Part shown: in pieces, positions 32,535 through 46,100 of the stretch
Position numbering within the stretch: position 1 is the stretch's first letter
Layout of the letters: each line of letters starts with the position of its first letter
Assembly: GCA_964057225.1 (NCBI GenBank)
Contig: OZ059894.1
Coordinates: 17,546,001 to 17,610,000, forward strand
Direction of reading: 5' to 3'
DNA length: 64,000 nucleotides
From: Auanema rhodensis
Lineage: Eukaryota; Animalia; Nematoda
Notes under the pieces: generated by a model
Told to the model about the DNA's origin: nothing
Databases searched by the model: none
The model's input: the letters and a program-made list of their open reading frames with translations, nothing else
Translations under genes and position numbers: made by a program

Positions 32535-35500
32535 ATGAGCGACGACGAGGGCCCAGTTGCTGAAAATAAGCCGTTAAGGCTTCCCAAAAAAGCCCAGCGT
32601 GTTAAAAATAAGGTAATTTTTGAATTTCGACGCTGAAAAAAGAAATGCTACTTATATAGGCGCCCGCTGAAGTTCAAATTACTGCAGAACAACTTCTCCG
32701 AGAAGCTAAGGAACGTGAATTAGAACTTCTTCCTCCTCCTCCAAAACCTAAGGTATGTGATTTTTTTTTCTTATGTTATGTAATTTGATTCAGATCACAG
32801 ATCCTGGAGAGCTTGCAGAATACCAAAGAAAGAAAAGAAAAGAGTTTGAAGATGGTATTCGTAAGAATAGGTATGCTTTCGTTTGTATTACAGCTTAAAA
32901 ACCTTTTCAGAATGCAAATTGCCAATTGGATAAAGTACGGAAAATGGGAAGAATCCATAGGAGAAGTTCAAAGGTATGTAAGCAATATTTTATAATTTAT
33001 AATTAATCTCTTAAGGTCTCGCTCGGTATTCGAACGTGCTCTAGATGTTGATCATAGATCAATTACTATTTGGTTACAATATGCTGAAATGGAAATGAGG
33101 TTTTCTTCAAAGTAATTAGTATTTTTAATGTTGGTGTTTTTAGATCAAAGCAGATAAATCATGCCAGAAATGTGTTTGATAGAGCAGTCACAATCTTACC
33201 TCGTGCTATGCAATTTTGGCTTAAATATTCATATATGGAAGAAGTTGTTGGTAATTTACCAGGAGCAAGACAGGTTTTGTGTACAGGCTTTCATCACTGT
33301 TTATCAACATTTTAGGTATTTGAAAGATGGATGGAGTGGGCTCCACCCGAGCAAGCCTGGCAGACATATATTAATTTTGAAATAAGGTTTTCTCGTTTTT
33401 TAGTTTTTTAAACATTTTCATTTATTCAGATATAAGGAAATTGATCGTGCTCGAACCATTTATCAAAAGTTTTTACATGTTCATGGAACAAATATTCAGA
33501 ATTGGATAAAATATTCTCGTTTCGAAGAAAAGAATGGTTATGTGGGCAATGCTCGAGCTGTAAGTCATACAATAAGTAAAGACACTTATTCTCAATCATC
33601 TTAGTCATATGAACGTGGAATGGAATATTTCGGTGAAGACAATATTGAGGAAGCATTACTTATAGCATTCGCTCAATTTGAAGAGAGACAGAAAGAACAC
33701 GAAAGAGCTCGCGTGATTTACAAGTAAGTTGGAACTTAGTTGTATAGATATTTTAATATTTTATTTCTATTCTATAATTATGGTATTAAAAATTTATTTG
33801 TTCAAAATAACATATCGATACTAAGGGTTGAATAGTTGTCAAAAAATGAAACACCAATATGCCACAATCACTATCTTTTTTCAGATATGGCCTCGATAAT
33901 TTGCCATCCCATCGTACAGCTGAAATATTCAAACATTACTCTATTCATGAAAAAAAGTATGGTGAACGTGCTGGAATAGAAAACGTCATTGTTAGCAAAA
34001 GAAGAACTCAATACGAACAGGTACAGTTCCTAATACTAATATTTTTTATTTTTTTAACTTTTAGCAAGTAACCGAAAATGCGTTTAACTATGATGCTTGG
34101 TTTGATTACCTACGTTTGCTTGAAAATGAGGAATGTCCCAGAGAAGAGGTTGAAGATTGCTATGAACGAGCCGTTTCTAACATCCCACCCCATATGGTAA
34201 ATCAGATTTTGATCGATAATGCATTATCACAATTCATTGAAGGAAAAGCGACATTGGAGAAGATACATATATTTATGGATCAATTATGCTTTATACGAAG
34301 AACTAACATGCAATGATCCTGTAAAAACGAGACAGGTTTGTTATATAGTAAACTATTTGAAATAATTAAAATATTATTATTTAGATATACAAGTATTGTT
34401 TGGAAATAATCCCACATAAAAGATTCACATTTGCAAAAATATGGATAATGTTTAGTCAGTTTGAAATACGACAAAAAAATCTACAAGAAGCTAGAAAAAT
34501 TATGGTTAGTTTCTTTTGTTCATTCAAATTTAACATTTAATTCTGCGTTTCTAGGGTAATGCAATAGGAAAGTGCCCAACGGACAAACTGTTCCGTTGTT
34601 ACATTGAGTTAGAGTTACAACTTCGAGAGTTTGATCGTTGTCGTATGCTGTATCAGAAATTCTTGGAACATTCGCCTGAAAATAGTTCAACTTGGATAAA
34701 GGTCTGCGATTTAGAGTAAAATTTACAGCTAATTATGGTTGTTCAGTTTGCCGAGATGGAATCATGCTTAGGTGATACAGATCGTGCAAGAGCTTTATTT
34801 GATATTGCTATCAATCGTCCAGCTTTGGATATGCCAGAGGTGAATTCATTTTTTTCAATACAATTAGTTCTAGTCTGAATTTTAGATTTTGTGGAAGGCT
34901 TACATAGACTTCGAAATAAAAATTGATGAATTCGATAGAGCAAGAGAACTATATGAAGCTCTTCTGCAAAGAACTAATCACATTAAGGCATGTTTTTTAT
35001 GGTATTAACGTAACATAGTACTTGACTTCAGGTATGGATATCATTAGCCGAATTTGAACTATCAAATGGCAATCATGAATTAGCTAGAAAGGTACTATTA
35101 TGAATAAATAATATTTTGTAACTAATGTTGTTCAGATATTTGAACGAGCGAACACAGCTCTCGAGAGAGCTGAAAAGGAAGAGCGGCTCATGTTATTAGA
35201 AGCATGGCTTTCATCTGAGAAAAATATTGGAGACGAATCACAAATTGAAAGGTATGTTGCCATACTATTTAAAAAATATTTTTTACCCTTTGTAGTGTTT
35301 CTAAAATGATGCCTCGTCGTGTTAAAAAAAGGAGACAAATACAAACTGAAGATGGTGTGGATGCTGGATGGGAAGAGTATTATGATTACATTTTCCCACA
35401 AGATCAAGGTTTGAATTAATTTTTACTTTTTTTATTAACTTAATTATTTATAGCTGCTCAAGGATCGTTCAAACTTTTGGAAGCTGCTGCTCGTTGGAAG

Positions 35501-35801
35501 AAACAAAGAGAACAGCAAGCTATGGTATGGTTTTGTTGAGGTAGTTGACAAGTATAATTTACGTCTTAGGAAGCGGAAAAAGCTGTTGATGATAGGGATG
35601 AGGAAAAAGCAGCTGATTCAGGTGACGAAGATGTTAAAAATCGAGAAGGTTCTTTTATAAATATTGTCTAAGTATAATGATTTCATTTCAGGTGATAGTG
35701 ATACTGATCTTGATGACAGTTCTAGCTCAAGCTCAAGTTCAGATTCCGGATCTAGTTCCGGGTCTTCGTCATCCTCGGACAGTGATTCTGATGAGAAATA
35801 A
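32535..35801 (+). CDS. syf-3: Crooked neck / CRNKL1 HAT-repeat splicing factor (22 exons)
   Basis: [87 protein letters not shown]; Ser/Asp tail. Confidence 0.97.
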
Positions 35802-35992
35802 TTCTTTCTAACTCAAAGTCGTGGTCTCGCAAGGTGTATTTATGTTCTTGTTGATTTTGAAATCACTTGTTATTCATTCAATCAGCTGAATAAATAATTT
35901 AAATTCAGTAGAATTTCTATATGTTAATTTAGTTTGATCTACCATATATCTGGTGGGGCATCAAATCTTCATTTGTATTTATGACACTTTAG
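35802..35992 (+). other. Probable operon intercistronic region syf-3 to pst-1
   Basis: AATAAA near 35889 followed about 100 nt later by a TTTAG trans-splice acceptor at 35992, the classic SL2 spacing. Confidence 0.65.
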
Positions 35993-36040
35993 GTTGCTAA
36001 GAATGCGTTTTGGTTTTTTTTGATTTAACTGTAAACAAAC

Positions 36041-38696
36041 ATGGTTCCGAGATTAAATGCTGGTGCGGTAGGTGTTATCTTATTCTCTTTTACCATCTTT
36101 ATCAATACAAAACAAGCGTGAATTTATTTATTTGTCAGCAACAAGGTATCTTTTTGAACTCGATCAAACTTTATTTATTAGTAGTATTAATTTCATTTTT
36201 CATACTGTTTTAACCTTTATAAAACGAGTGATCTTGTGGATTTCGTGTTGATAATCCTCTGACGCGTGGCGTTTGATGAGAACAGATTGAATTCAACATA
36301 AATTCCTTTATATTAAAAAAGAAATGCGATTCACGTTCCTGGCAGATTTTCTAAAATCAGAAAGCGTGAGTGCTTTTACCATTTTTTTTCAAAGTTTTTC
36401 TCTTGGTCTCATGTGAACTAGATAACTATCGCTGCATACATGAATGGTCTTGCGATTTTGGATATTTGATAAAATCTAATCCAGATCTATGAGTCGCTCT
36501 TCATTGCATTGTTTTCTGTCGCTCTCGTTTGGATAAGTAATAGAACGATTCAAATCTTAGTTCCTCACCCATCTTTCTCCAAGCGATTTATAGAATCTGC
36601 GAAGGTTTAGTCTCATTCTCCTGCGCTGTTCTTAGGGGTAAAGCCAATAATGGTACTCGATATTGACTACTTCGGTAATATACCTGCTTTTGCTAATTTT
36701 GTTGTTGAGTATTTCAATTCGGTAAGATACTGCATACTACTTGGGTTTTCTATTTTATTTTTTAAACATTTTGTTATTGACTTAATTGCATCTCTTTAGG
36801 CTAGGGAGCTGTCTCCTGATGAGTTGCCTTGGCCGTTGAAGTTTATTCTGATTGTGCTGGGATATTCCACTGTTGTTGCCCCTGTTGCTATATTTATTTA
36901 TTTTTATAAAAAGCGAATTGAAGGTTTTATCAGTTCGCATGCTTGCTAGAAATTACTTTTCAAAAAATTTCAGAAACTAACCCTAATTATGTACCAAGAT
37001 CGTATTGGGCCCGCTTTGTTCACCTTTTTTCTGTTGGTGATCCTCAGAATAGAGGTTTTGAAACTTTAGCTGTACGTTATTTATTTGAGGAAATAATTAG
37101 TATATATTATGTTTCAGCCTAATTGTTCCCATTCAAAAAATGATGAAAATGAAAATAAAAACAAAATGATTAGAGATTTTGTACTTCTTATGTTTTATTT
37201 TGCTGGTATTCAGGTATTAATCAAATTGTTTTATATATATATTTTTTTCAATATTGAAGGTTACTTTGGTATTAATGGGATTTCTCCAGGAGAGAATTAT
37301 AACTCAGGGATATTCACGGTTTGATGATATTTCTGTGGTTAGTTTTCAAAATATTGATAAATATTCTTGTATTGTTTTAAGTTTGAGAAATTTGGGGATG
37401 CTCAGTTTTTGGTTTTCTGTAATAGAATTATTGCTCTTTTTGTATGCTTCATTGTGCTTTACAGTAGCTGGGGGAGGTAAGTTCACTGCTGAACCTAATT
37501 TATTTGAATCATTTTACTTTATTATTATTATTCAGACAACCACCTCATGTTCCACCTCTCTACGTACATTCATATACATCATTTTCGAATACCATGTCGT
37601 CGTGGTGTCAATATGAGGCATTAAAATATGTTTCATTTCCAACACAGGTAATACAAATCCTCTATGGCAGATAGATAGTAACAATATTTAGACTATATGT
37701 AAAGCTTCAAAAGTAGTTGCAACAATGTTTATGGGTAGAGTTGTTCGAGGACAAAGGTAGATTTAAAATATTCTATAATTCCTAAAAATATAACTAACAA
37801 TTTCTGAAATGGAATCAATTAGTCAAACAAGAACATTAAAAAATGAAAATATTTTTATTACTTTATTCTTCCGAATTTTATTTATATCTAAGATTTGCTA
37901 ATTTTTATTAATGAATTCAATTTAGATATACCTGGGCTGAATATGGATTAGGCACAACTATTGCCGTTGGTGCCAGTCTTTTTCTATTGAGTACTGGTGG
38001 AACAGTTCAAGATGAGACATCAACATCGGTATGTTAGGGCATATTATCTCTTTTTAATTCTTAATTCTAGATATCTGGTTTGATTCTCATGGCTGGCTAT
38101 CTAATTTTTGATGCTTTCACACTTAACTGGCAAAAATCCTTATTTGATCTGAAACCACGAGTATCAAAATATCAGGTGAAATAAGTTGAGAGAATGTCAT
38201 ATAAAACAGCAATTTTTCAGATGATGTTAGGAGTTAACATCTTTTCAGCAATTCTTTGTTTAGTTTCACTTGTTGAACAAGGAACTCTATTCACATCCAT
38301 GAAGTTTTTACAAGAACACACGCATGTTTCTTCTGATATCTTCTTTTTGAGTCTTTCCGGTGCTACAGGACAGGTATTATTATCTTATTATTCAAATTTG
38401 TATTTAATGTTTTCTTAGCTTTTCATCTACTCAACAATAGAAAAGTTTGGTCCTATTGTATTTGCTGTAATCATGACCATTAGACAAGTTTGCTTAATTG
38501 ACATAAACACCCACCAACCATCATCTATTTTCAGATGCTCTCTATTCTATTATCTTCTATTTATTACAGTCATCCAATGACTATTTGGGCTACTGTTGGA
38601 TTCTTGGTTGTCTTCGGAGCTTTATTCATCGATATTTACCGTAGATACTTTGAAAAAAGATCCACTAAATCCGAGATGCAGAAATCACAAGCTTAG
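36041..38696 (+). CDS. pst-1: PAPS transporter 1 (SLC35B2), with alternative first exons; shared exons start at 36800
   Basis: [97 protein letters not shown]. Confidence 0.95.
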
Positions 38697-39761
38697 ATAC
38701 TGTATCATGCTTTGTGCTATAGTATTCAATATATTGTTATCATATTTTAATAGGTTGAAATAATTATGCAAAAGCTGTGATTTATCCAAACAGTACTCAT
38801 TACATACGCAATCAAGGATTGTCATACGGGATATTATAAAGTGATGCAGATTTCTTAAATAAATTTTTTACAATTCTTATGATAATGTCAACATCAGATA
38901 ACTCAAGGGATGGTGAGCATCGTGAAGCTGTAAGCAAACAACGTATATCGATTTGATTATTAGTTAAAAAGAAATTACGTATAATCATTTGAACTATTAC
39001 TAGTTGTTGATTTGGTAATATCCACTATTGACATTTGTTATTTAGATGATTCATCTTGGGTACAATAGTATACGACCATTATCAGAATGCTTAATGCGGA
39101 GGGGGTGACCATATACATATAGTCATACATGTTTTGCTTTTTTTCCCGATTCGAATCGATATGTTATTGCCTTATAATTCAAACTTTCCAACTAAATCTT
39201 TCCTTTCTATAAATTTCCTTGTAACTTTTAATGTTTCATCACTCTAAACATAGCGGCTCCTCACATTATTGGAAGTTTGCTTCTCATATTGTTGTTCATT
39301 ATTCTGCTTAGAATTCATGTTCTATATAACACAAAGCTTCCTCTACAGCTGACATCGAGGTTCTTTGTGAGATAGGTGTGTTGGGACTAAATTCGATTCG
39401 TTAAATCCAACTGAGCGTCTAAGACAGTTCAGCAGTGTCAACCCTCTCGTTTTCCCGCTTCCTCTTCGTCTCTCTATGCGTTGAAGACTGCCACTTTCTC
39501 TCTAGCTACTGTGTTAAGTCTCTGTCAACTCTCTGAAGTTCAACTTGATGTCTCATCTCTCTATTTCTTTTTCACGTACGTCTATCTTCAGTGATATTTA
39601 CAGGACAGCCGGGAACTAGTTGCTCGCTTCTTCACCTTCTTCTTCTTCATCATCATAGTCTTCTCCGTCCTTTCTCCCTTTCTTTCTCATTCTCCATTGG
39701 TGCTACCATCGTGTGGTAGCCTATCATCGTCTTAAATTTTGATTTTCCAATCATCGTTATC

Positions 39762-42096
39762 ATGGCCATCGGTCAATATCAGCTGTTACCAACAGTTCTG
39801 ATCACCTTGACAATATTCTGTCAACTATCACAAGCGGTACGTTATACAAGCTGACCACAATGCTGGTACATTTATCTTTTTTAAAAATCTATAAAGTACT
39901 TGAAATAAGATATAAATTGTGGCTTTTGCTGTTTTCAGATTTTCATCGTTTCTGTTTATTTCCTTTACGTACAATTTGAGTACTTTCAAAATAAATTTCT
40001 TTTTGTTTTTATAACTTTCATAACCTTTACTGAAATATTTTTCAACTGTATTTGAATAGATTTCATCTTAGGTTGTACAATGTCCAGCAAATAGTTTTGG
40101 ACATAAGCTTGAATGTGCATTTGAATGTTGTGAATCTTTTGAAGGAAATGACCAGGTACTTTTTAAGTTTTTTTATTTTATTTGAAAATTATTTCTTCAA
40201 ACAATTGCTGTAAGCTTTAGTGTCACTACTAAAGCTACTAAACAAACAAAGGTGCCAAAAACTTTTCTTCGAGGAAGTTTCAAAATGAACTATTAATAGG
40301 GAATTATAATCATACAGATTTCAATTCTATTTGATGATTCTATCAATATTTTCCTTAAATTCGTATCTTAGGGTCATTATTGCTGTGGAGTAGAAGAAAA
40401 AAATCTTCAACAACGAGGAGTCGAAAGACGATCTGAACGATTTGTAGCATATGGCAACACTTTCCAGTTAGTTTCTTATTCAAGTTTATTAAATTGAAAA
40501 AATTTATTTGGAAAGATATTTGAGTATTAGGAATATTTTAAAAATAAAGTAATAAAAGTCTTTTGAAATCTTTTGAATAGTCTATCTGTTCCTCTTCTCG
40601 GCATCTCTTCATTGTAATCCGTCCTGAACAATTCTGTGTACTTTTCGTGCTTGACAAACTTGCCGGCGGAATCACGCAAAAGAGATAAATTGAAAAAAAA
40701 AAATGAGCCAAGAATTATGAATATGAATGAGGAAATGTTTGGGTAAACATAATTGTATTTCAGAGTTGATTATACATTATTAGTTATTGGAATGATTGTA
40801 TCAATAATCCTTTCAATTCTGTGCTCATTCTTCTGTTGTTTACTGTGCAATGGATGTTGGCTTCACAGGTATTTAACAATTTTTGAAGAAAAACTTTGAA
40901 AATATTGTATCCTTTAAGTACTTAATCTTTGTTTTTAGGAGACGTAATCCTCAAATGTATGAAAGTGTAAATGAACGAGGGTGGTATCCTATTTGCTGTA
41001 AGTTAAAGATTATTTTTTCATTGTAAAAATCAAAAGAAATATCTTCGACAAACATACTCGTAATGCAAATCGATGACTGATTATTGATTTTGATTGTTGT
41101 TTTTCATCGATTCCCATGTTTTTCAAAAGATTTCCTTTTATGAATTCTCTCTCTCCGTATGTATGCATGCCTACCCTTTCTTGAATTTTTTCTTTTTTTC
41201 TTGTTTTCTATCATTCTCGCTCTCTATTTCTTCATGACCACACCCATTTCAAGAAATGGGTTAACATTGGTCAATGTAGGAAAACGACAAAAATCAGAAC
41301 AGAGGGTGACTGGAACAAAGAAAATTCATTATTCTTTTGAAGAAAATGATGTCTTATTTCCTGAAAAATGTGTTCTTTCTACTGTCTTTCTCCTCATTTG
41401 ATTTCATGAACTCGCCCAAAAAAAAAAATTAATTTTGTGTTAACAGCAATCAGGGATCCAGTTATCATGTTTATAGTCAAAGAAAGGCAACAATGATAGG
41501 TAATATGTGCAAAATGTAAACTAGATAACTTAAAATTTTTAAAAATATACAATTAAATTCACTAAAATATACTGATATTTGATGTCAGGTGGATTTGGAA
41601 TTCCTCTCGGAACTGTTGTTTTCTCTACTCATCCTCCTCATTATCGTGACGACAGCGAAATGTACCATGGATCGTCAACATCTAGTCTTCCATCTTCGAA
41701 ACAAAGGTTGGCGATTTTTAAAAACTTTCCAAATATGTGTTACGTCATCAGAATCGTACGTCTTTTTGAAATCTATACAATATATATAAAAGGCAACGAT
41801 AATCTTTCTTGAAATAAAAGTCGGAGTTTATTTCTTTGAGTGGATATGTCCTTAGAAAGATCGAATCGAAGAACGCACGTGTTACTCTGATATCAATGCT
41901 GGCCATCTTTGAAGTTCAACGTTGCTGTCGTTGATTGACGGAACACATAGGGATTCACATACTTATTTGAAAATGAAAACCCAAACACTTGTTAAACGAT
42001 ACATAATAGATTGTTTGTTTCAGAGTAAGATTCAACCCAGACGGTACTCCACGAGGTGTTTTGAAGAATGGCCATGATGCTCAATACCGAGATTAA
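39762..42096 (+). CDS. Single-pass membrane protein with small Cys-rich ectodomain (Shisa/WBP1/VOPP1-like)
   Basis: Signal MAIGQYQLLPTVLITLTIFCQLSQA; C..C..CC..YCC ectodomain; TM followed by CCLLCNGCWLHRRR; tail ends RVRFNPDGTPRGVLKNGHDAQYRD*; 7 exons in frame. Confidence 0.8.
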
Positions 42097-43082
42097 GCAT
42101 AATTCATATTAAATCATAGAAATATAATGAAATGCTTGGACATCAAACGTCTTCTGTATATATTTATAACATTTTTAATTCTTTTTGCAAATTGAAGACT
42201 AAAACTTTTTAAGTAAACAAAGTTGCTTAAAAGCAATGAACTTTTTTAAAAGATAGTGTAGTAGGAGTTCAAAAAAGTTCTCAAACATCGTCATTGTAAG
42301 CATAATGTTTCATCTACTCTACACGGTTTTTCATACTTTAAATATTTTTGTTCTCTCATATGTCATATTACGCTTATGTTTGATATTTCTTCAAATAAAA
42401 TCTTTAATTTCAACATGTTTCTTGATGCTCGTTAGGTTACTTGTCGGTCACATAGAACAGCTCATTCATCTTACTACTTAACTGTTCTTTTTTCTCATTA
42501 ATTTTCCAGAGAAACGGAAAGGCATTAAGATATCTCACTTGTGATTGAAGCGTCTTCCTCCAATTTTGGATTTGCTTTCGAAATTTCGTTTTTTTCACAA
42601 TTCAAATTACATGAAATTACATGAAATTACATAGATATCGCATTTGTTTATTATTTAAAAAACATGATTCATTACTGAAGCTTCAAGTACTTTCTTTTTT
42701 GTTTTATTTATTAAAATATTCTTCTTATTTTGGCTGACAAAATCTTGTTCCGTTATAATCAACTTAATGAATAAAATTATTTTTTTTTTACAAATTTTAA
42801 ATATCTCATTCTATAATACACTGACTTGTTACAATGAAAACAAACAATTTATTTTAAACAAAAAACTAAAATACACAGTTGTTTTCTTATAAAATATTTT
42901 AACAGTTAAATAAAAATCAAGAAAAGTGGTCAATGTCTTTGATGGAAGTAGAATTTCTTTTCTTTCTACTCGTCCCTTCTCTAATAGCTGTCTATGTCGG
43001 ATGACAGATTCGTTTCAATATGGGCAAAGACTCATCAGTTAACTTACGAGTATTTCCAAATCCGTATTAATTTTCATTCACT

Positions 43083-43086
<4 letters not shown>

Positions 43087-43136
<50 letters not shown>
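43087..43136. repeat. (TC)n microsatellite
   Basis: Uninterrupted TC run of about 50 nt. Confidence 0.95.
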
Positions 43137-43141
<5 letters not shown>

Positions 43142-46100
43142 CTCTCCCTTACTCTTTCTTTCTCTTTATCTGTTAGTGAAGAATAGAAAAAGAGATAAAA
43201 GTCAGGTCGGAACTTAATAGGCTTCTACTAAATTAGTACATTAAACCAAGATTTAAAGAGATTTCATTGCCCCCCGCTACAGGCATTCTCTCCTCTTAGC
43301 TTTTCTCTTTCTCTCTCCTACTTTTTCATTTTTATAGAGTTCATATCCTTTGAATCTGTTGAAATGTACAGACATCAGTTTTTTTGTAATAATGAATTCA
43401 TATAATTTATTATGAATTTCAAAAACTCCATCCTCTCCACCCCCTGAAGACTCATAATACGCATTTTCACTCCTTATGTCCACATATTTTTCTGTCTCTC
43501 TCAGTAATTTTTCAAATAAGTTAGCTTAAATGGTTTGAAAGACCTATTCCGTCATATTAATTCTTTCCAAACAGAACTATTTCTGTTTTAAATTTCATTT
43601 CTTCCTTATTTGTTTGAAAAAAAAAATTTTAAACGATCTGGGAAGCATTACCTTACATCATTAAGACAATATTTTTTGAGAAGCAGTAATCGTTCTGACA
43701 CCTGGACCGGAGTTTAGAATGTGAACTCATTGTTGCCTGACACATACACTTTCCGGATTTGAAGTTTGATATTTAAGCAAATTTTTGTTCATATGCTGCT
43801 TTAACTTAGAACCATTTACAATGTCTTCTTTTGCTTCTGGTAATTGCTTTCTATTATTTGTCCTCAGTTAAACCACGCCTCCAATGCGGCTTTCTGGCAT
43901 TCTGGCTGTCGTCGTTGTCCTCTTTGCTTTGAAGCCTCGTTTCTCTCTCAAGCACAACAGACTGGACTCCGGCTCCCTTCTTGATTGTAAAGCTTTAGAT
44001 TTTTGATCTGAAAATTTATATTAAAATTTAAGAGAATACTAATTTTCTAAATAAAAAGTTTGCAGCATTAAGTTTATGATTTCCCAACATATTCTCAACA
44101 TTTAAAAATTCGATGCTGGTTTACATAGTTATATTCTTGGAGAATTTTGTTTATGTTCCTATTGTTAGGCAATCCTTCTGGTCTATTATTAGGAAACAAT
44201 TTTGAGAGCATTGCAATGACAGACAACCTCTCCTTTGAATGTAAAAAAATATAAAAAGAAAGTTAGGAAAAAACAAAATTATTTATTTATTCATATTTTG
44301 ACATTTTAGAATATACTAATATTTAATCGGATTTTCATCTTATTTCTACTTCAACACCTATTTTAGTTTTAAGAAGTTACATACACATACACATACGATG
44401 CTATGTATACTACCCTTTCACCATTTTGTAAATAGTTTACATTAATTTTCATTTTTACTAATACTTCTATACGAATCGGTTGTATTTATGTGTATATGTA
44501 TATTCATATATTATAATATATAATGTATAATTATATAAATAAATATAAGAATATTTATTTTTCACTTTCTATTTTATTTAAAATGTTTAATTGATGATAA
44601 TGATGTTTCTACACCAGATTATATTATCAATCTTTTACATTTTATTCATTTCATCACACAATTTTATATTATTTAAAGCAGCTGCGTTCAAATGTTAATT
44701 GGATGAGTTGGAAATATCAGTGACAATAGCTTTTTTCTTTTCGGCTCATTCATCCTTTTAAACTATGAATTTGAAATGGAATGTACATAGGTTTGCATGT
44801 TATCATCATCATATACTCCGCCTCCTAAACAGTTGGCTTCAAGAACAATGGAAAATCAAAGTCATCGTGTTCTAATCCATTTTGTTCTGACAATCTTAGC
44901 TTGTATATCTACACACCTGTTACATTATATTCTTTCTTAATCACAATATGTCTCAATTCTTATTATATAGATATACATATGTATACACATGTATTTATGT
45001 TTAAAAAAGCCAATTTTTCAATAATTTCTTTATTCATTTCTCTTTCCAATCGTTTAAAAGCATTTGAAAAACACGTATATATGAATGTATATATAAGCTA
45101 TTTTGATTTTCTAATTGAAAAGTTCTGTGTAGCTTGGCAAACTTTACTTTTTTTGAATATATTAGATTCAGATTTAGGAGAAAAAAACATTTCTTAAGTT
45201 ATAAAGCGAAAAATTTTATGTAGAACATACATATTCATTCATCCATTTATATTTTAAAACTTTTTATTGATCCTAATAAAAGCTAATAAGGTTCTTAACC
45301 ATGTATAGTATACTATATATTCATATATATTTATTTGGAAAACGAAAACGAATACGACTTCTGAAAGTTGATAAGAAGAAATTTCAATCAAGTGAAAATT
45401 GCAAATGAAAATTATACGAAAAAAAATGAATTTTTTTGGCTATTTGAAGAGAGAGGAAGTAAGAGGTGGATGTGACAAGTTTTCTGTTCGAACAGAAGTG
45501 TCCAGTGTATATGTACAACTGTTATTCAATTTGGATGCTCTTATATAAACAACATAATTATAACTTTCTATATTATTATTTTAAAACTTAAATCTATTTG
45601 AGATCGACAACTGAAGATTAAGAGACATCCGAGTGGCTTTCATGCAAACAAAAGATAACTAATTCGTTCTAATAGTCTCCGCACATTGTTTTCTTCAAAT
45701 TTTTAGTTTCTAAATACTTTCTGCCACTGGAAAGCCGTTCAAATAAGTCTCTCAGATTAGAATAAGAAGATGGTTAGAAGTGAGAGAGAAAAAAAGAGAG
45801 AGAGAGAGAGGGAAGATAGAAAGGGAAAGAGTATGTTTAAATGAAAAGAGTACTATTTCTCGATCGTCATAACTCTTCTTAGTTGAATATATTTCTGGTT
45901 GCTCAAGCTTTCCTAACTATATTAATTATTTTTGACAATTTGCTGCTGTTTTCTATTTGATTTTTCTTGTCTTTGATCATTGAATATAGAAATTTTTTTT
46001 AATCGAAACATACAATCTTTATAATGAGTTCTTTAAATTGACAGAACTACTTTATTTGTGAAATATAGCATCAACGAAATCGAGAATGTTGTCTTTCTAC

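Noticed and set aside
35537-35560. let-7-like TGAGGTAG seed in syf-3 intron 20
   Set aside because: The 45-nt intron does not fold into a mirtron hairpin and the rest does not match let-7 family miRNAs.
43865-44010. Minus-strand exon-like segment after a TTTTCAG acceptor
   Set aside because: No upstream exons or recognisable protein; treated as non-coding.
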